Under the pieces are notes generated by a model that worked only from the letters and a program-made list of their open reading frames with translations, was not told the origin of the DNA and made no database searches. The translations under genes were made by a program, and so were the position numbers. A stretch of DNA of 64,000 nucleotides from positions 16,779 to 80,778 of the forward strand of contig JAKJGQ010000001.1 of assembly GCA_022704305.1 (NCBI GenBank), in the 5' to 3' direction. The number at the start of each line of letters is the position of its first letter. Position 1 is the first letter of the stretch. Positions 19,617-28,598 of this stretch are shown piece after piece. Source of the stretch: Thermotogota bacterium. Lineage in GTDB: Bacteria > Thermotogota > Thermotogae > Petrotogales > Petrotogaceae.

Positions 19617-20410
19617 GTTATATCACGGCTGTATACTCTTTTAGCCTTCCTGTATATTTCAAAATACTTATCAAAATCATACCATTCAACTTTATCATAA
19701 AAAGAATAAACTTCATTAGCTGTATCAAGTTCGTTTTTAGTAATTAAAGCTGTTTTAAGAGAATCTATATAATTCATATAATCCATTCCATCAGAGAATG
19801 TATCTTTAAGTATAACCGGATTTATGTCATTAGCAATTATGTACTCTCCACCCAATTTTTTAGCCAAAAAAACAGGTACTTCAGAAATTGCTCCTCCGTC
19901 TACTAGATCCATGCCTCCCAGTCTCATTGGGGGAAAAGCTCCCGGAACATTTGAAGATGCCATTATGGCATCAATAAGATACCCCTCTGTTATTTCAACT
20001 AAGCGTTCAGAATTTATATCAAAGGCTACTACTCCAAACTTGATCTTACAATCTGAAAACCTTTTTTTACCGTATATCTGTTTTAAAATATCATATACTA
20101 GATCATTCTGGGCTATTCCTCTTGAATAAAGAAGCCTTTTAAAGGAGTTTACTTTTGATGATAGAGCGTTGCTTAAATCAATAAACTTCAGGGAATTTTT
20201 TTTAATTATAGCCTCAAAATCTTTCAGGAACTCATTTTTTGAAGGATTTAAAGCATAAACGCCTCCGACAACTGATCCGGCACTACAGCCTGTGACAATG
20301 TCGAATTTTATGTTCCTTTTTCTCACAATCTCACTGATGAGGGCAATATGTGCAATTCCTTTTACTCCTCCGCTTCCAAGTGCAAGAGCGTTTATCATTA
20401 CTTCCTCCAT
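19613..20410 (-). CDS. patatin-like phospholipase (lipid acyl hydrolase)
   Basis: All three patatin motifs are present: glycine-rich oxyanion loop LGSGGVKG, nucleophile elbow GCSAG (G-x-S-x-G), and the catalytic Asp in MDLVDGG. Confidence 0.85.
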   Translation of the reverse strand: MEEVMINALALGSGGVKGIAHIALISEIVRKRNIKFDIVTGCSAGSVVGGVYALNPSKNEFLKDFEAIIKKNSLKFIDLSNALSSKVNSFKRLLYSRGIAQNDLVYDILKQIYGKKRFSDCKIKFGVVAFDINSERLVEITEGYLIDAIMASSNVPGAFPPMRLGGMDLVDGGAISEVPVFLAKKLGGEYIIANDINPVILKDTFSDGMDYMNYIDSLKTALITKNELDTANEVYSFYDKVEWYDFDKYFEIYRKAKRVYSRDIT

Positions 20411-20413
20411 TTT

Positions 20414-22534
20414 TTACAGAGAAGGACTCAGTAAAAAGTAGGTTATCAGAGCTCCTACCGCTACTCCAAGTACTCCCGAAATGGTTGAGGACCAAAAAAT
20501 ATCTTGATTAGGCTTTTGTAGTTCTGATATCTGCTTTTCCATCTCTGTGACTTTTAATGAAAGCTCGGAAGATGCCGTAACTTTCTGAACTGATAATTCA
20601 ATATCTGCTACTTCTTTTTTTGATGCTTTTTCTGCATTTATTTCGTTGTATTTTGAACTAAGTGAAAAAACTGTTTTTTTGATATCAGACATATCGGATT
20701 GCAATTTAATTAGTTCTGATGCAAGGTCAGAAGAGAGCTCACGTTTGATTTCTGTTTTCATACTGCTTAAATCAACTGTTTCGGCAATCTTAGTAGTCTC
20801 AGGAGATACAGTTTGATTTTTAAGCAGTATATAAGATTTTACTAAAAAATCATAATCTTCTTTTAATTTCTGTATTTCATTTTTATTAATTTCTGAAACA
20901 AGGGAGTTGCTCTGTTTCAAAAGATCAGAATTATAAATGAGTTCCAATTTATTTTGATTTTCATAAACAAGAGAAGAAAGATCCTCTAACTTTTTTTCAC
21001 TTTCTCCGACTCTTTTAGCTATAGAGGCAACATTTCCAATAGTATTCAAAGTATCTTTATCAAGTTTTATAAGTGATGAAAGCGAGTTTATCTGAGATTC
21101 AACAGAGTCTGTTCTCAACAAAAGCTTCTGTATACTTTCATTTTGTGCACTCTGGGTTTTTTCTGAAATTTTGAACTTTTCGTCATACTCATTGGCTTTA
21201 ATAGTATATATATATAGCTGAGAGAGCTTATCAGAGTACATGTTAATATATTCCTGCATAAGTCTTACTTCCTGCTGCAAGTTGACAAAATCATTTTTAA
21301 GGACATAATCAGTTATACTTGAAGGTATAGATTGGTTTGAAGTTGCTTTTATATTTTCAAGCATCTGACGGAGTTCTCCAACAAAAGAATTAACATCTGA
21401 ATTTTTGCTTTCTAACTCAGAAAGTTTTCTTGTAAAATACTCGTTTCTATTATCATATGTGTCTATAAATGCATTTATGTACTCAACTCTGTTATTAAGG
21501 TTATCATAAAGAGTTTTGGTATCCTTAATGTCGTTAGCAAGAGATTGAGTGTCTTTTTTAATTATAAGCAGTTCCTTATCATTTTGTACAGTACTTTGAA
21601 ACGCCGGAACTGTTTCTTTTGATTCCAGATAGACAAGTCGTGAGATAATATCGTTAAAACGTTTTTCATATTGATTCTGTCCGGAGTACTCAAGAGCAGC
21701 TATACGATCTCTCAAAGTGCTCAAAGTTGCTTCTGCCGTCTGATTGTAAAATCCTATGTGACTGTTGACAATATTTCTTAAAGCTACTTTCATTCCTTCC
21801 ATCTCACTGTCAAGCCTTTGTTTGGCATAATCGTTAAGTTGCTGACGATTTTTTTCTTCATATTGAGCAAAAAGAAAACTTATAGAATCAGTTGTTTTGT
21901 CAAGCTTTTCTTCTATTCTTAATAGTTCTGATTGAAAGAGATCGACCTTTTTATTTGACTGTTCTGAAAAAGACATAAGAGTTTTAAGGTAGGAATCGGC
22001 TGTTTTTTTCGCTGTGTCATTTGCAATAGCCGCGGCATTGTCCAAAATTACTTTAAATATTGCACTATCCGTATCAAGCGGCCCATCTATGTTCATAAAT
22101 TTTTCAAGTGCCTCTACTCTGGATTTCTGCTGAGCTATATCACTGTTCAATCCCGAAATCTTTGAATCAATTTTTTTCTCCATAGATATTATTTTACTGT
22201 CATAGTTGTAAAGAGTTGTCTCTATATTGTTTATACGGTTTTCGAGACTTTCAGTATCAATCTGGGATATTCTTTTTTCAAAATCATCGAAGCTGCTAGA
22301 GTACTTTTTATCAAGGTAATCTATAAGATTTGCTCCGAAAAAGGCAATATCAAATCTCATGACGTTTGATGAGCCATTGAATCTTCCCTGACTGTCCAGT
22401 TCAAGAAGACCATCAGTTACCATACGTACAACTTGTGAATAGTATGGAGAAGAAGGTTTAAGGTCACGTATTTCTAACGAAAATACCGGAATAGAGACAA
22501 AAATAAAAATAAATACAAGGAAAAATTTTCTCAT
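20414..22534 (-). CDS. Ompα-like envelope anchor: N-terminal SLH-like domain, about 550 aa coiled-coil rod, C-terminal transmembrane helix
   Basis: Signal peptide, then an SLH-like segment (DLKPSSPYYSQVVRMVTDGLLELDSQGRFNGSSNVMRFDIAFF). A long heptad-rich Q/E/K/L region follows, and the protein ends in a hydrophobic anchor ISGVLGVAVGALITYFLL. Confidence 0.65.
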   Translation of the reverse strand: MRKFFLVFIFIFVSIPVFSLEIRDLKPSSPYYSQVVRMVTDGLLELDSQGRFNGSSNVMRFDIAFFGANLIDYLDKKYSSSFDDFEKRISQIDTESLENRINNIETTLYNYDSKIISMEKKIDSKISGLNSDIAQQKSRVEALEKFMNIDGPLDTDSAIFKVILDNAAAIANDTAKKTADSYLKTLMSFSEQSNKKVDLFQSELLRIEEKLDKTTDSISFLFAQYEEKNRQQLNDYAKQRLDSEMEGMKVALRNIVNSHIGFYNQTAEATLSTLRDRIAALEYSGQNQYEKRFNDIISRLVYLESKETVPAFQSTVQNDKELLIIKKDTQSLANDIKDTKTLYDNLNNRVEYINAFIDTYDNRNEYFTRKLSELESKNSDVNSFVGELRQMLENIKATSNQSIPSSITDYVLKNDFVNLQQEVRLMQEYINMYSDKLSQLYIYTIKANEYDEKFKISEKTQSAQNESIQKLLLRTDSVESQINSLSSLIKLDKDTLNTIGNVASIAKRVGESEKKLEDLSSLVYENQNKLELIYNSDLLKQSNSLVSEINKNEIQKLKEDYDFLVKSYILLKNQTVSPETTKIAETVDLSSMKTEIKRELSSDLASELIKLQSDMSDIKKTVFSLSSKYNEINAEKASKKEVADIELSVQKVTASSELSLKVTEMEKQISELQKPNQDIFWSSTISGVLGVAVGALITYFLLSPSL

Positions 22535-22548
22535 CTTTATACCTCCGT

Positions 22549-24264
22549 TTACTTTAAAACAGCAAGATCGTCAATGAAAAGGGACTGAGCAGCGTCAATA
22601 TATATTACAAACTTTATACCTTTGGTTTCTATTACATGAGGTCCTTTTGAAACGTATACTATAAACTGTGACGGTGGATAAATTACTCCGTCAATTTTAT
22701 ACTCTCCTGAAGAATAAGGCCTTATGGGAATTTTATCTTCAAATATAAAGTTAAGATTTTTAACTTCCTGGTCAGCTATATCTATTTTTTCAGTTTTTTC
22801 GATATTCTGATATTTTACTGTCACAGTATGCCGTCCTGTAGACAAAGGATAGCCAAAAACGCCAAAGTATCCAATAAGTTGGTTGTCAATATATATAAGA
22901 GTACCGTCGACATTGTTTATTATATTTACAAAACCATATCCAGGTGAATCGATTATAAGAACGTTAGTTTTTCCAGACTCTGCAGAAATATTGTATTTTT
23001 TTGTAAGACTTTCAAACTGAAAAGTCTGTGTTTTAGAGATAATATTTGCAATAAATTGTGCAGGTACGGTACTTATCTCATTTTGATAAGAGATACTCTT
23101 TTTTTCTGAAGAGTAAAGATTCATAACCGTTATTTTGTTTATATCAATGATCTTCGGAGCTTTCTGGTCAAGCTTTATACCAAGCAGATCCGAAGTATTT
23201 TTGCTGTATATCTGAAGAAAATGTTCCTTTTTATCGGCAACTATAAAAGAAATGCCTGAACCAAGGTTTATTCCGTCAAGAAACACTTCAGCATTTTCTG
23301 CGTTAAGAAGTTTGAAAGTCCTTATATCTTCTTCCAAACTTACAGTATAACTTATCTGAGGAGTGGCCTCACTTATATTTGCAGAAAGCTTCTTAGGAGT
23401 ATAAAGAGCTTTTGATACCGTAAATAGATGATTTCCCATAGGAATCTGTGCGGTAAACGGAGTTATTCCAAGATACTCATTATTCAATGTAACTAAAGCT
23501 CCTGAAGGCTCTGAAGAAAAAAGCACAGCGCAAGCTTTGGTCATTGTAAATATATAATCGTTTGTTTTAGAGTCAGTTTTAAAACTGAAATCCATATATC
23601 CAGGTGCTTTTAGTATAATATCCTTTCCCTCCAGCAAAGTTAAAGCCGTCGCATAAGGAGTAGTGCCCAGATTTTTTGAGCCTACAAAAATGCTTGCATC
23701 AGAAGGTATGGAAGATATATATGCAAAGTCAGTTCTTTTAAGTGTAACAGACAGCTTGTTTTCATAAAAAGGTTTTAAGTCAATTGTAACTGTTTGGGAA
23801 AGATACCCTGCTTGCTCTATCTTCAATTCTCTTATTGTAGAGGGCAGGTAAGTTTGGGTATCGTTAATAACTTTCTGGCGTATATTATTATTGTTGAACA
23901 TATAATTTATATAGAAACTGTCACTATTCGTTTTAATGTTGAGAATACTTAGCGGGACCTGTAAAGCTGAAATCTCTAACTTTGAACCTTTGGTACCGGA
24001 AATATCCAATGAATAATCTGAATATCCAGGTTTTTTAACTTCCAGCTTATGGGTTGTATCTGACAGATCTATGTTGTATACGGACTTTTCAATGATTTTT
24101 TTAAAAATTCCGTCTATAAATACTGAACTTCCTTCTAAACCAGAAAGAGTAAGCGTAAATGAAAAAGATAATATGTATGCCAAAAGAATAAAAACCGTTA
24201 AAAAGAGTCTTTTACCGATATTCCCCACTCTTAACCACCTCTTTGATTGTTTTTTGTAGCTCAC
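22549..24264 (-). CDS. secreted/membrane-anchored protein with about six PEGA domains
   Basis: N-terminal TM or signal segment plus repeated PEGA-like units, for example SIFVGSKNLGTTPY...APGY, VTLNNEYLGITPF and VFLDGINLGSG. Confidence 0.65.
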   Translation of the reverse strand: MSYKKQSKRWLRVGNIGKRLFLTVFILLAYILSFSFTLTLSGLEGSSVFIDGIFKKIIEKSVYNIDLSDTTHKLEVKKPGYSDYSLDISGTKGSKLEISALQVPLSILNIKTNSDSFYINYMFNNNNIRQKVINDTQTYLPSTIRELKIEQAGYLSQTVTIDLKPFYENKLSVTLKRTDFAYISSIPSDASIFVGSKNLGTTPYATALTLLEGKDIILKAPGYMDFSFKTDSKTNDYIFTMTKACAVLFSSEPSGALVTLNNEYLGITPFTAQIPMGNHLFTVSKALYTPKKLSANISEATPQISYTVSLEEDIRTFKLLNAENAEVFLDGINLGSGISFIVADKKEHFLQIYSKNTSDLLGIKLDQKAPKIIDINKITVMNLYSSEKKSISYQNEISTVPAQFIANIISKTQTFQFESLTKKYNISAESGKTNVLIIDSPGYGFVNIINNVDGTLIYIDNQLIGYFGVFGYPLSTGRHTVTVKYQNIEKTEKIDIADQEVKNLNFIFEDKIPIRPYSSGEYKIDGVIYPPSQFIVYVSKGPHVIETKGIKFVIYIDAAQSLFIDDLAVLK

Positions 24265-24655
24265 TTAATTTTTCTATAAGTTCTTTTTCATTTCCCAACC
24301 TATCGATAACTGATTGCATAACTTCTACTCTTTTTTTGATTACTTTGGTAATAAGTTCTCTTCCAGAATCGGTAAGTTTGATCCTATATACTCTTTTGTC
24401 TTCCTCTGACTGCTCCCTGTCCAAAAAATAAAGTATTTCCAGTCTTTTTATTAGACCAGTTGTAGTGCTTTTGGTTACTCCGAGATTTTTACTTATTTCG
24501 CTTAACTTTTTCTCTCCGTCGAAGTATAATAGTTGTAATACATCAAATTGAGCAGGAGAAATGTCGTAATCTTTCAGAACTTTCCTTCCAGCTGCCCTGA
24601 TGTGGAAACAGATCGACCTTAAAATGCTTTCCATATTTTCTGCGTTCTTGTACAT
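24212..24655 (-). CDS. MarR-family transcriptional regulator
   Basis: Winged-HTH MarR signature (LSEISKNLGVTKSTTTGLIKRLE), 147 aa; first gene of the minus-strand block. Confidence 0.85.
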   Translation of the reverse strand: MYKNAENMESILRSICFHIRAAGRKVLKDYDISPAQFDVLQLLYFDGEKKLSEISKNLGVTKSTTTGLIKRLEILYFLDREQSEEDKRVYRIKLTDSGRELITKVIKKRVEVMQSVIDRLGNEKELIEKLSELQKTIKEVVKSGEYR

Positions 24656-24691
24656 TTTGATACCTCCCCGAGTTTTAAAATTATTATTATC

Positions 24692-24726
24692 ACAAATTAC
24701 AAGAATTTGTAGTAAAATAATTACAA
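24692..24726. promoter_or_regulatory. Overlapping palindromes ACAAATT-N5-AATTTGT and TTGTA-N10-TACAA (candidate MarR operator)
   Basis: Perfect inverted repeats in the divergent marR / membrane-protein intergenic region, overlapping a TACAAT -10-like element. Confidence 0.5.
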
Positions 24727-24767
24727 TATACAGCTATTCTATCATAAAATTCTGGAGGAACAAAGAA

Positions 24768-25244
24768 ATGAGTAAAAATATAACCATTACAGCTATGCTT
24801 TCTGTGCTAACTATAATACTTTTTTCATGTCAGATGTTTATTCCTGTGGTAGGAATCTTCGTTGCATATTTTTCTATTATTCCACTTATGTTCATATATG
24901 AAATGACTAATGCTAAATATTTTTTTATGTCGCTTATTACATGCATATCTATGGTTATGATTCTGAATGATCCTTTTGGATGGATTTTCTTTGATCTGCT
25001 TCTGGTTCCGCCCGCAATTACAACTGTAACAAAAAACAAAATTCTTAAGTTGATAATGATTGTTCCTATAGAGATAGGTTTTCTTCTTTTATTTAAGATA
25101 CTTGTAGTAAATGGTTCAAAAATTGATATGATTTTATCAAATATATGGTATATACTTGGTATACTGTTTTATTTCGCAGGAACTTTCTTTTATCGTAAAG
25201 CTTTTTTGATATCAAAGATGCTACTGAAAAAAATAAACTACTAA
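24768..25244 (+). CDS. small polytopic membrane protein (unknown function)
   Basis: 4-5 predicted TM helices. ATG at 24768 with GGAGG about 9 nt upstream. The track ORF 24600.. is an N-terminal over-extension that overlaps marR. Confidence 0.55.
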   Translation: MSKNITITAMLSVLTIILFSCQMFIPVVGIFVAYFSIIPLMFIYEMTNAKYFFMSLITCISMVMILNDPFGWIFFDLLLVPPAITTVTKNKILKLIMIVPIEIGFLLLFKILVVNGSKIDMILSNIWYILGILFYFAGTFFYRKAFLISKMLLKKINY

Positions 25245-25307
25245 TTTAACCAATTGACGTAAGTTATGATAGAATATAAATTATATATTTATTTAGGAGG
25301 AACAGTG

Positions 25308-26954
25308 ATGAGTATACTAAAGACTATCCAGAAGATTATAGAAAAAGTTCTTGCTGATATGGGAATTTCACAGAGTCTGGATTTTAAAGTTGAAGTGCCT
25401 CCACAGGATGATTTAGGAGATTTTTCAACTAACGCAGCATTTTTGTGCTCAAAAATATTGAGAAAATCTCCAAAGGTAGTTGCAGATGAGATATCTGAAA
25501 AGCTTAGACAGCTTGACACATTTGTGAGGGTTGACAATATAAACGGTTTTATAAATATGTTTTTGGATCATAGTGTGTACCAGATGACATGTGCTGGTAT
25601 AATAAGTAATCCCAGGAATATCGGTAAAAGCAATATTGGAAATGGTGAAAACATTCAATTTGAATTTGTAAGTCCTAATCCAACCGGACCACTTACAATT
25701 GCCCATGGAAGACAGGCCGTTATAGGAGATGTTCTATGTAACATATTTGATGAAAGCGGCTACAATGTACAGAGAGAACTCTATATAAATGATGCAGGAC
25801 AACAGATAGAGTACCTTTCTAAATCAGTTTGGATAAGGTATAATGAACTTTTTGGCATTAAGCATGAGCTTCCTGAGGATGGCTATCATGGCGAATATAT
25901 TATTGATGTTGCAAAGGAATTTAAGAACGAATATGGAGATAAGTATAAAGATATATGGAATGAGGAAGTAAATGATTTTTTCAAGGAGTACTCACTTAAA
26001 AAAATGCTTTCTATGATAAAACAAACTCTAAAAAGACTTGGAGTGAATTTTGATGTCTACTTCAGCGAAAAGCTTCTCATAAAGGAAAAAATAGTAAGCA
26101 GAATATTGGATACTTTGGAAAAATCTGATAGCACTTATGCGAAAGACGATGCGGTATGGTTTAAAGTATCAAAGTATATTGATGAAAACGATAAAGTTCT
26201 CATAAGATCGACTGATAATCGTGCGACCTACTTTTGTGATGATATAGCTTATCATTACTATAAGTATCATAGAGGGTTCACTAAGGTATACGATATCTGG
26301 GGAGCAGATCACCAAGGTCATATTCCTCGCATGAAAGCTTCAATGAAGGCTTTGGGAATACCAGATGATTTTTTCAACGTTATCTTGCATCAGTTTGTTA
26401 CACTAAAAAAAGGCGATGAGGTTGTCAGAATGTCAAAAAGAGCCGGTAATTTTGTTACTTTGGATGACCTTATAGAAGAAGTAGGAACTGATGCCACAAG
26501 ATATTTTTTTGCTATGATTGATCCAGATACTCCTATGAATTTTGACCTTGAGCTAGCTGTAAAAAAATCTTCAGATAACCCAGTTTTTTATGTGCAGTAT
26601 GCTCATGCAAGGATAAGCAGTATCCTTAAACAGGCAGAAGAACGTAAAATCGATTTTAAGATGTTCGAAGGATTAAGTGAGGTAAAAGAGAAAGAAGAGC
26701 TTTTATTGATAAAAGAACTTTCTCTCTTTTCAAATGTGGTTGCAGAAGCAGCAAAGAACAGAAAAACAAACTTTATTACAACATATCTTGAAAAAGTATC
26801 TAGTAGATTTCATACTTTTTATACTAAGCATTCTATTTTAAATACAGATAATTCACAGTTGATACAGGCTAGACTCAACATCTGCCTTGCAACCAAAATA
26901 ATACTTGAGAGGGGACTGGCTTTGCTTGGAGTCAGTGCTCCCGATAAAATGTAA
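25308..26954 (+). CDS. argS: arginyl-tRNA synthetase
   Basis: Class I HIGH-like motif (PNPTGPLTIAHGR), KMSK motif (MSKRAG), and a DALR anticodon-binding C-terminus. Start at MSILK after GGAGG. Confidence 0.9.
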   Translation: MSILKTIQKIIEKVLADMGISQSLDFKVEVPPQDDLGDFSTNAAFLCSKILRKSPKVVADEISEKLRQLDTFVRVDNINGFINMFLDHSVYQMTCAGIISNPRNIGKSNIGNGENIQFEFVSPNPTGPLTIAHGRQAVIGDVLCNIFDESGYNVQRELYINDAGQQIEYLSKSVWIRYNELFGIKHELPEDGYHGEYIIDVAKEFKNEYGDKYKDIWNEEVNDFFKEYSLKKMLSMIKQTLKRLGVNFDVYFSEKLLIKEKIVSRILDTLEKSDSTYAKDDAVWFKVSKYIDENDKVLIRSTDNRATYFCDDIAYHYYKYHRGFTKVYDIWGADHQGHIPRMKASMKALGIPDDFFNVILHQFVTLKKGDEVVRMSKRAGNFVTLDDLIEEVGTDATRYFFAMIDPDTPMNFDLELAVKKSSDNPVFYVQYAHARISSILKQAEERKIDFKMFEGLSEVKEKEELLLIKELSLFSNVVAEAAKNRKTNFITTYLEKVSSRFHTFYTKHSILNTDNSQLIQARLNICLATKIILERGLALLGVSAPDKM

Positions 26955-26966
26955 GGGGGGTCATCC

Positions 26967-27170
26967 ATGTACGAAATACAGAGAAATCCTACTGAAAAAC
27001 TTATCATTCAGAAAAACGAGTTCAAAGGAAAAGAGTATATTGACATCCGGATTTTTTATGAAGATGAAGGTGAGTACAAGCCAACAAAAAAAGGAGTCAC
27101 ATTTAATCCGGATCAGATTGATGAAGTTATAAAAGCCCTTGAAAGTATAAAAGAAGAATCACAGAAATAA
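26967..27170 (+). CDS. PC4/YdbC-like ssDNA-binding small protein
   Basis: KEYIDIRIFYEDEGEYKPTKKGVTFNPDQIDEVIKAL aligns with the eukaryotic PC4 core [31 protein letters not shown]; the latter is cited from memory. Confidence 0.65.
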   Translation: MYEIQRNPTEKLIIQKNEFKGKEYIDIRIFYEDEGEYKPTKKGVTFNPDQIDEVIKALESIKEESQK

Positions 27171-27341
27171 AGTATCTTTAGAAAATTGCTTCAATACAAA
27201 TAAGAAGATATTTAATATTTTTATAAGTCATAAGTTCAGAGCCAAATACATTGGTTCTGTTCTTGTGTAATATTGTCAAATTTTTTTTAAGTTATAAAGA
27301 GTTGACGTAATAGTGGCAAAGTTTAAATTTAGGAGATACCA

Positions 27342-27971
27342 ATGCTGGATAACAAAGGTTTTGATTTATGGGCTAATGGATATGACAAAGAAGTAGGCAT
27401 TTCTGATGAAGAAAACAGATACCCTTTTGCCGGATATAAGAGTGTTCTGTCAAAGATTTATCATAAAGTACTAGAAAAGAATAAGCCAAGTGTTCTTGAT
27501 ATCGGTTTTGGAACAGGTACACTTACTGCTAAACTTTATGAGCAGGGATGTAAAATATATGGGCAGGATTTCTCTGTAAAGATGCTTGAGATTGCCAGCA
27601 AAAAGATGGCGAAGGCTAAGTTTTATCAGGGGGATTTCTCTCTTGGTCTGGTAAAACCGCTGAGAAAGTACACATATGATTTTATAATCGCAACCTACTC
27701 ACTTCATCATCTTGCTGATAAAGAAAAAATAGTTTTTCTTCGGGAATTGAAAGAATTACTGAACGGAGACGGAGTGATTCTTGTCGGCGATATAGCATTT
27801 GAAAATAGGATTGAATTGGAAAATTGCTGTAATGAAGCAGGCTCAGAATGGGATGATGATGAAGTATACTTTGTAGTGGATGAATTGAAGAAAGAGCTGC
27901 CAGAATTGATCTTTGAAAAGGCTTCATACTGCGCTGGAGTTTTATACTTTGGGCAAAATACTCTTTTTTAA
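27342..27971 (+). CDS. class I SAM-dependent methyltransferase
   Basis: Motif I VLDIGFGTGTLT, post-I acidic residue, Rossmann-like MTase fold, 209 aa. Substrate unknown. Confidence 0.75.
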   Translation: MLDNKGFDLWANGYDKEVGISDEENRYPFAGYKSVLSKIYHKVLEKNKPSVLDIGFGTGTLTAKLYEQGCKIYGQDFSVKMLEIASKKMAKAKFYQGDFSLGLVKPLRKYTYDFIIATYSLHHLADKEKIVFLRELKELLNGDGVILVGDIAFENRIELENCCNEAGSEWDDDEVYFVVDELKKELPELIFEKASYCAGVLYFGQNTLF

Positions 27972-28041
27972 ATAAGTTGTACTTAAAAAAAACAATAATT
28001 CTGATTTTTTACATTTCATAAACGTATACAGCTTTAAAAAT

Positions 28042-28063
28042 AAAATGCCCTATAGGGCATTTT
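28042..28063. terminator. Bidirectional terminator between the convergent methyltransferase and RHH genes
   Basis: Perfect palindrome AAAATGCCCTA|TAGGGCATTTT with A and T runs on both sides. Confidence 0.7.
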
Positions 28064-28153
28064 AAAATTTTAGGGTACTAAGTATGAGAGAAATACTCTG
28101 TGCATTTTAGGTTCGATCTTATACTAAATATGTTGAATTTGGAATAAAATGAG

Positions 28154-28363
28154 TTAAAGTGCATTTTCTGAAGAAAAATTTTTAAGATTTTCAGCATTTT
28201 CTATTTCGTCAAACTTTTTAATTTCTTCAGCATTTTTAAGATAGAAACTCATTGCCTGATTAAGAACACTAGTTATTGTAGTATGATTTCTGGCTGCAAA
28301 CTCCCGTATCTGCTCATAAAGATTTGCATCTAGATAGAGATTTACCTGCTTGACGTCTCGCAT
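28154..28363 (-). CDS. ribbon-helix-helix (CopG/Arc/ParD-like) DNA-binding protein, solitary
   Basis: N-terminal beta-strand KQVNLYLDANLYEQI followed by two helices. Strong RBS GGAGG before the ATG. No toxin-sized ORF on either side. Confidence 0.65.
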   Translation of the reverse strand: MRDVKQVNLYLDANLYEQIREFAARNHTTITSVLNQAMSFYLKNAEEIKKFDEIENAENLKNFSSENAL

Positions 28364-28598
28364 ATCCTGTCAATCCTCCTTCATCATATAATATACTTTT
28401 GATCTATGATAAGACTTACGTGAATATAAATTAATTCTATCTTATGTATCTTAATAAAATGTAAATTTTAAGTAAATATAAGTTTGACAAAAAACAACCT
28501 TAGGAATAGCAAAGTATCTATAAACTTTTTATATGCGAACGTTTCTGATATAATTTTAGTGCAGATGAAGAAAAATGAAAGAAATGGAGGAAGAAAAA

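Noticed and set aside
24600-24767. N-terminal 56-codon extension of ORF 24600..25244 overlapping marR
   Set aside because: The extension has no RBS and overlaps marR on the opposite strand. The ATG at 24768 has a GGAGG SD, so the shorter gene is preferred.
27190-27250. Hairpin CAGAGCCAA-atacat-TTGGTTCTG after the PC4-like gene
   Set aside because: It forms an imperfect stem (one G-U pair) and has no downstream T-run. It may be a weak terminator, but support is insufficient.
27972-28153. Toxin partner for the RHH gene
   Set aside because: Both strands were translated. The longest ORF downstream of the RHH is 11 codons without an SD, so there is no support for a toxin-antitoxin pair here.
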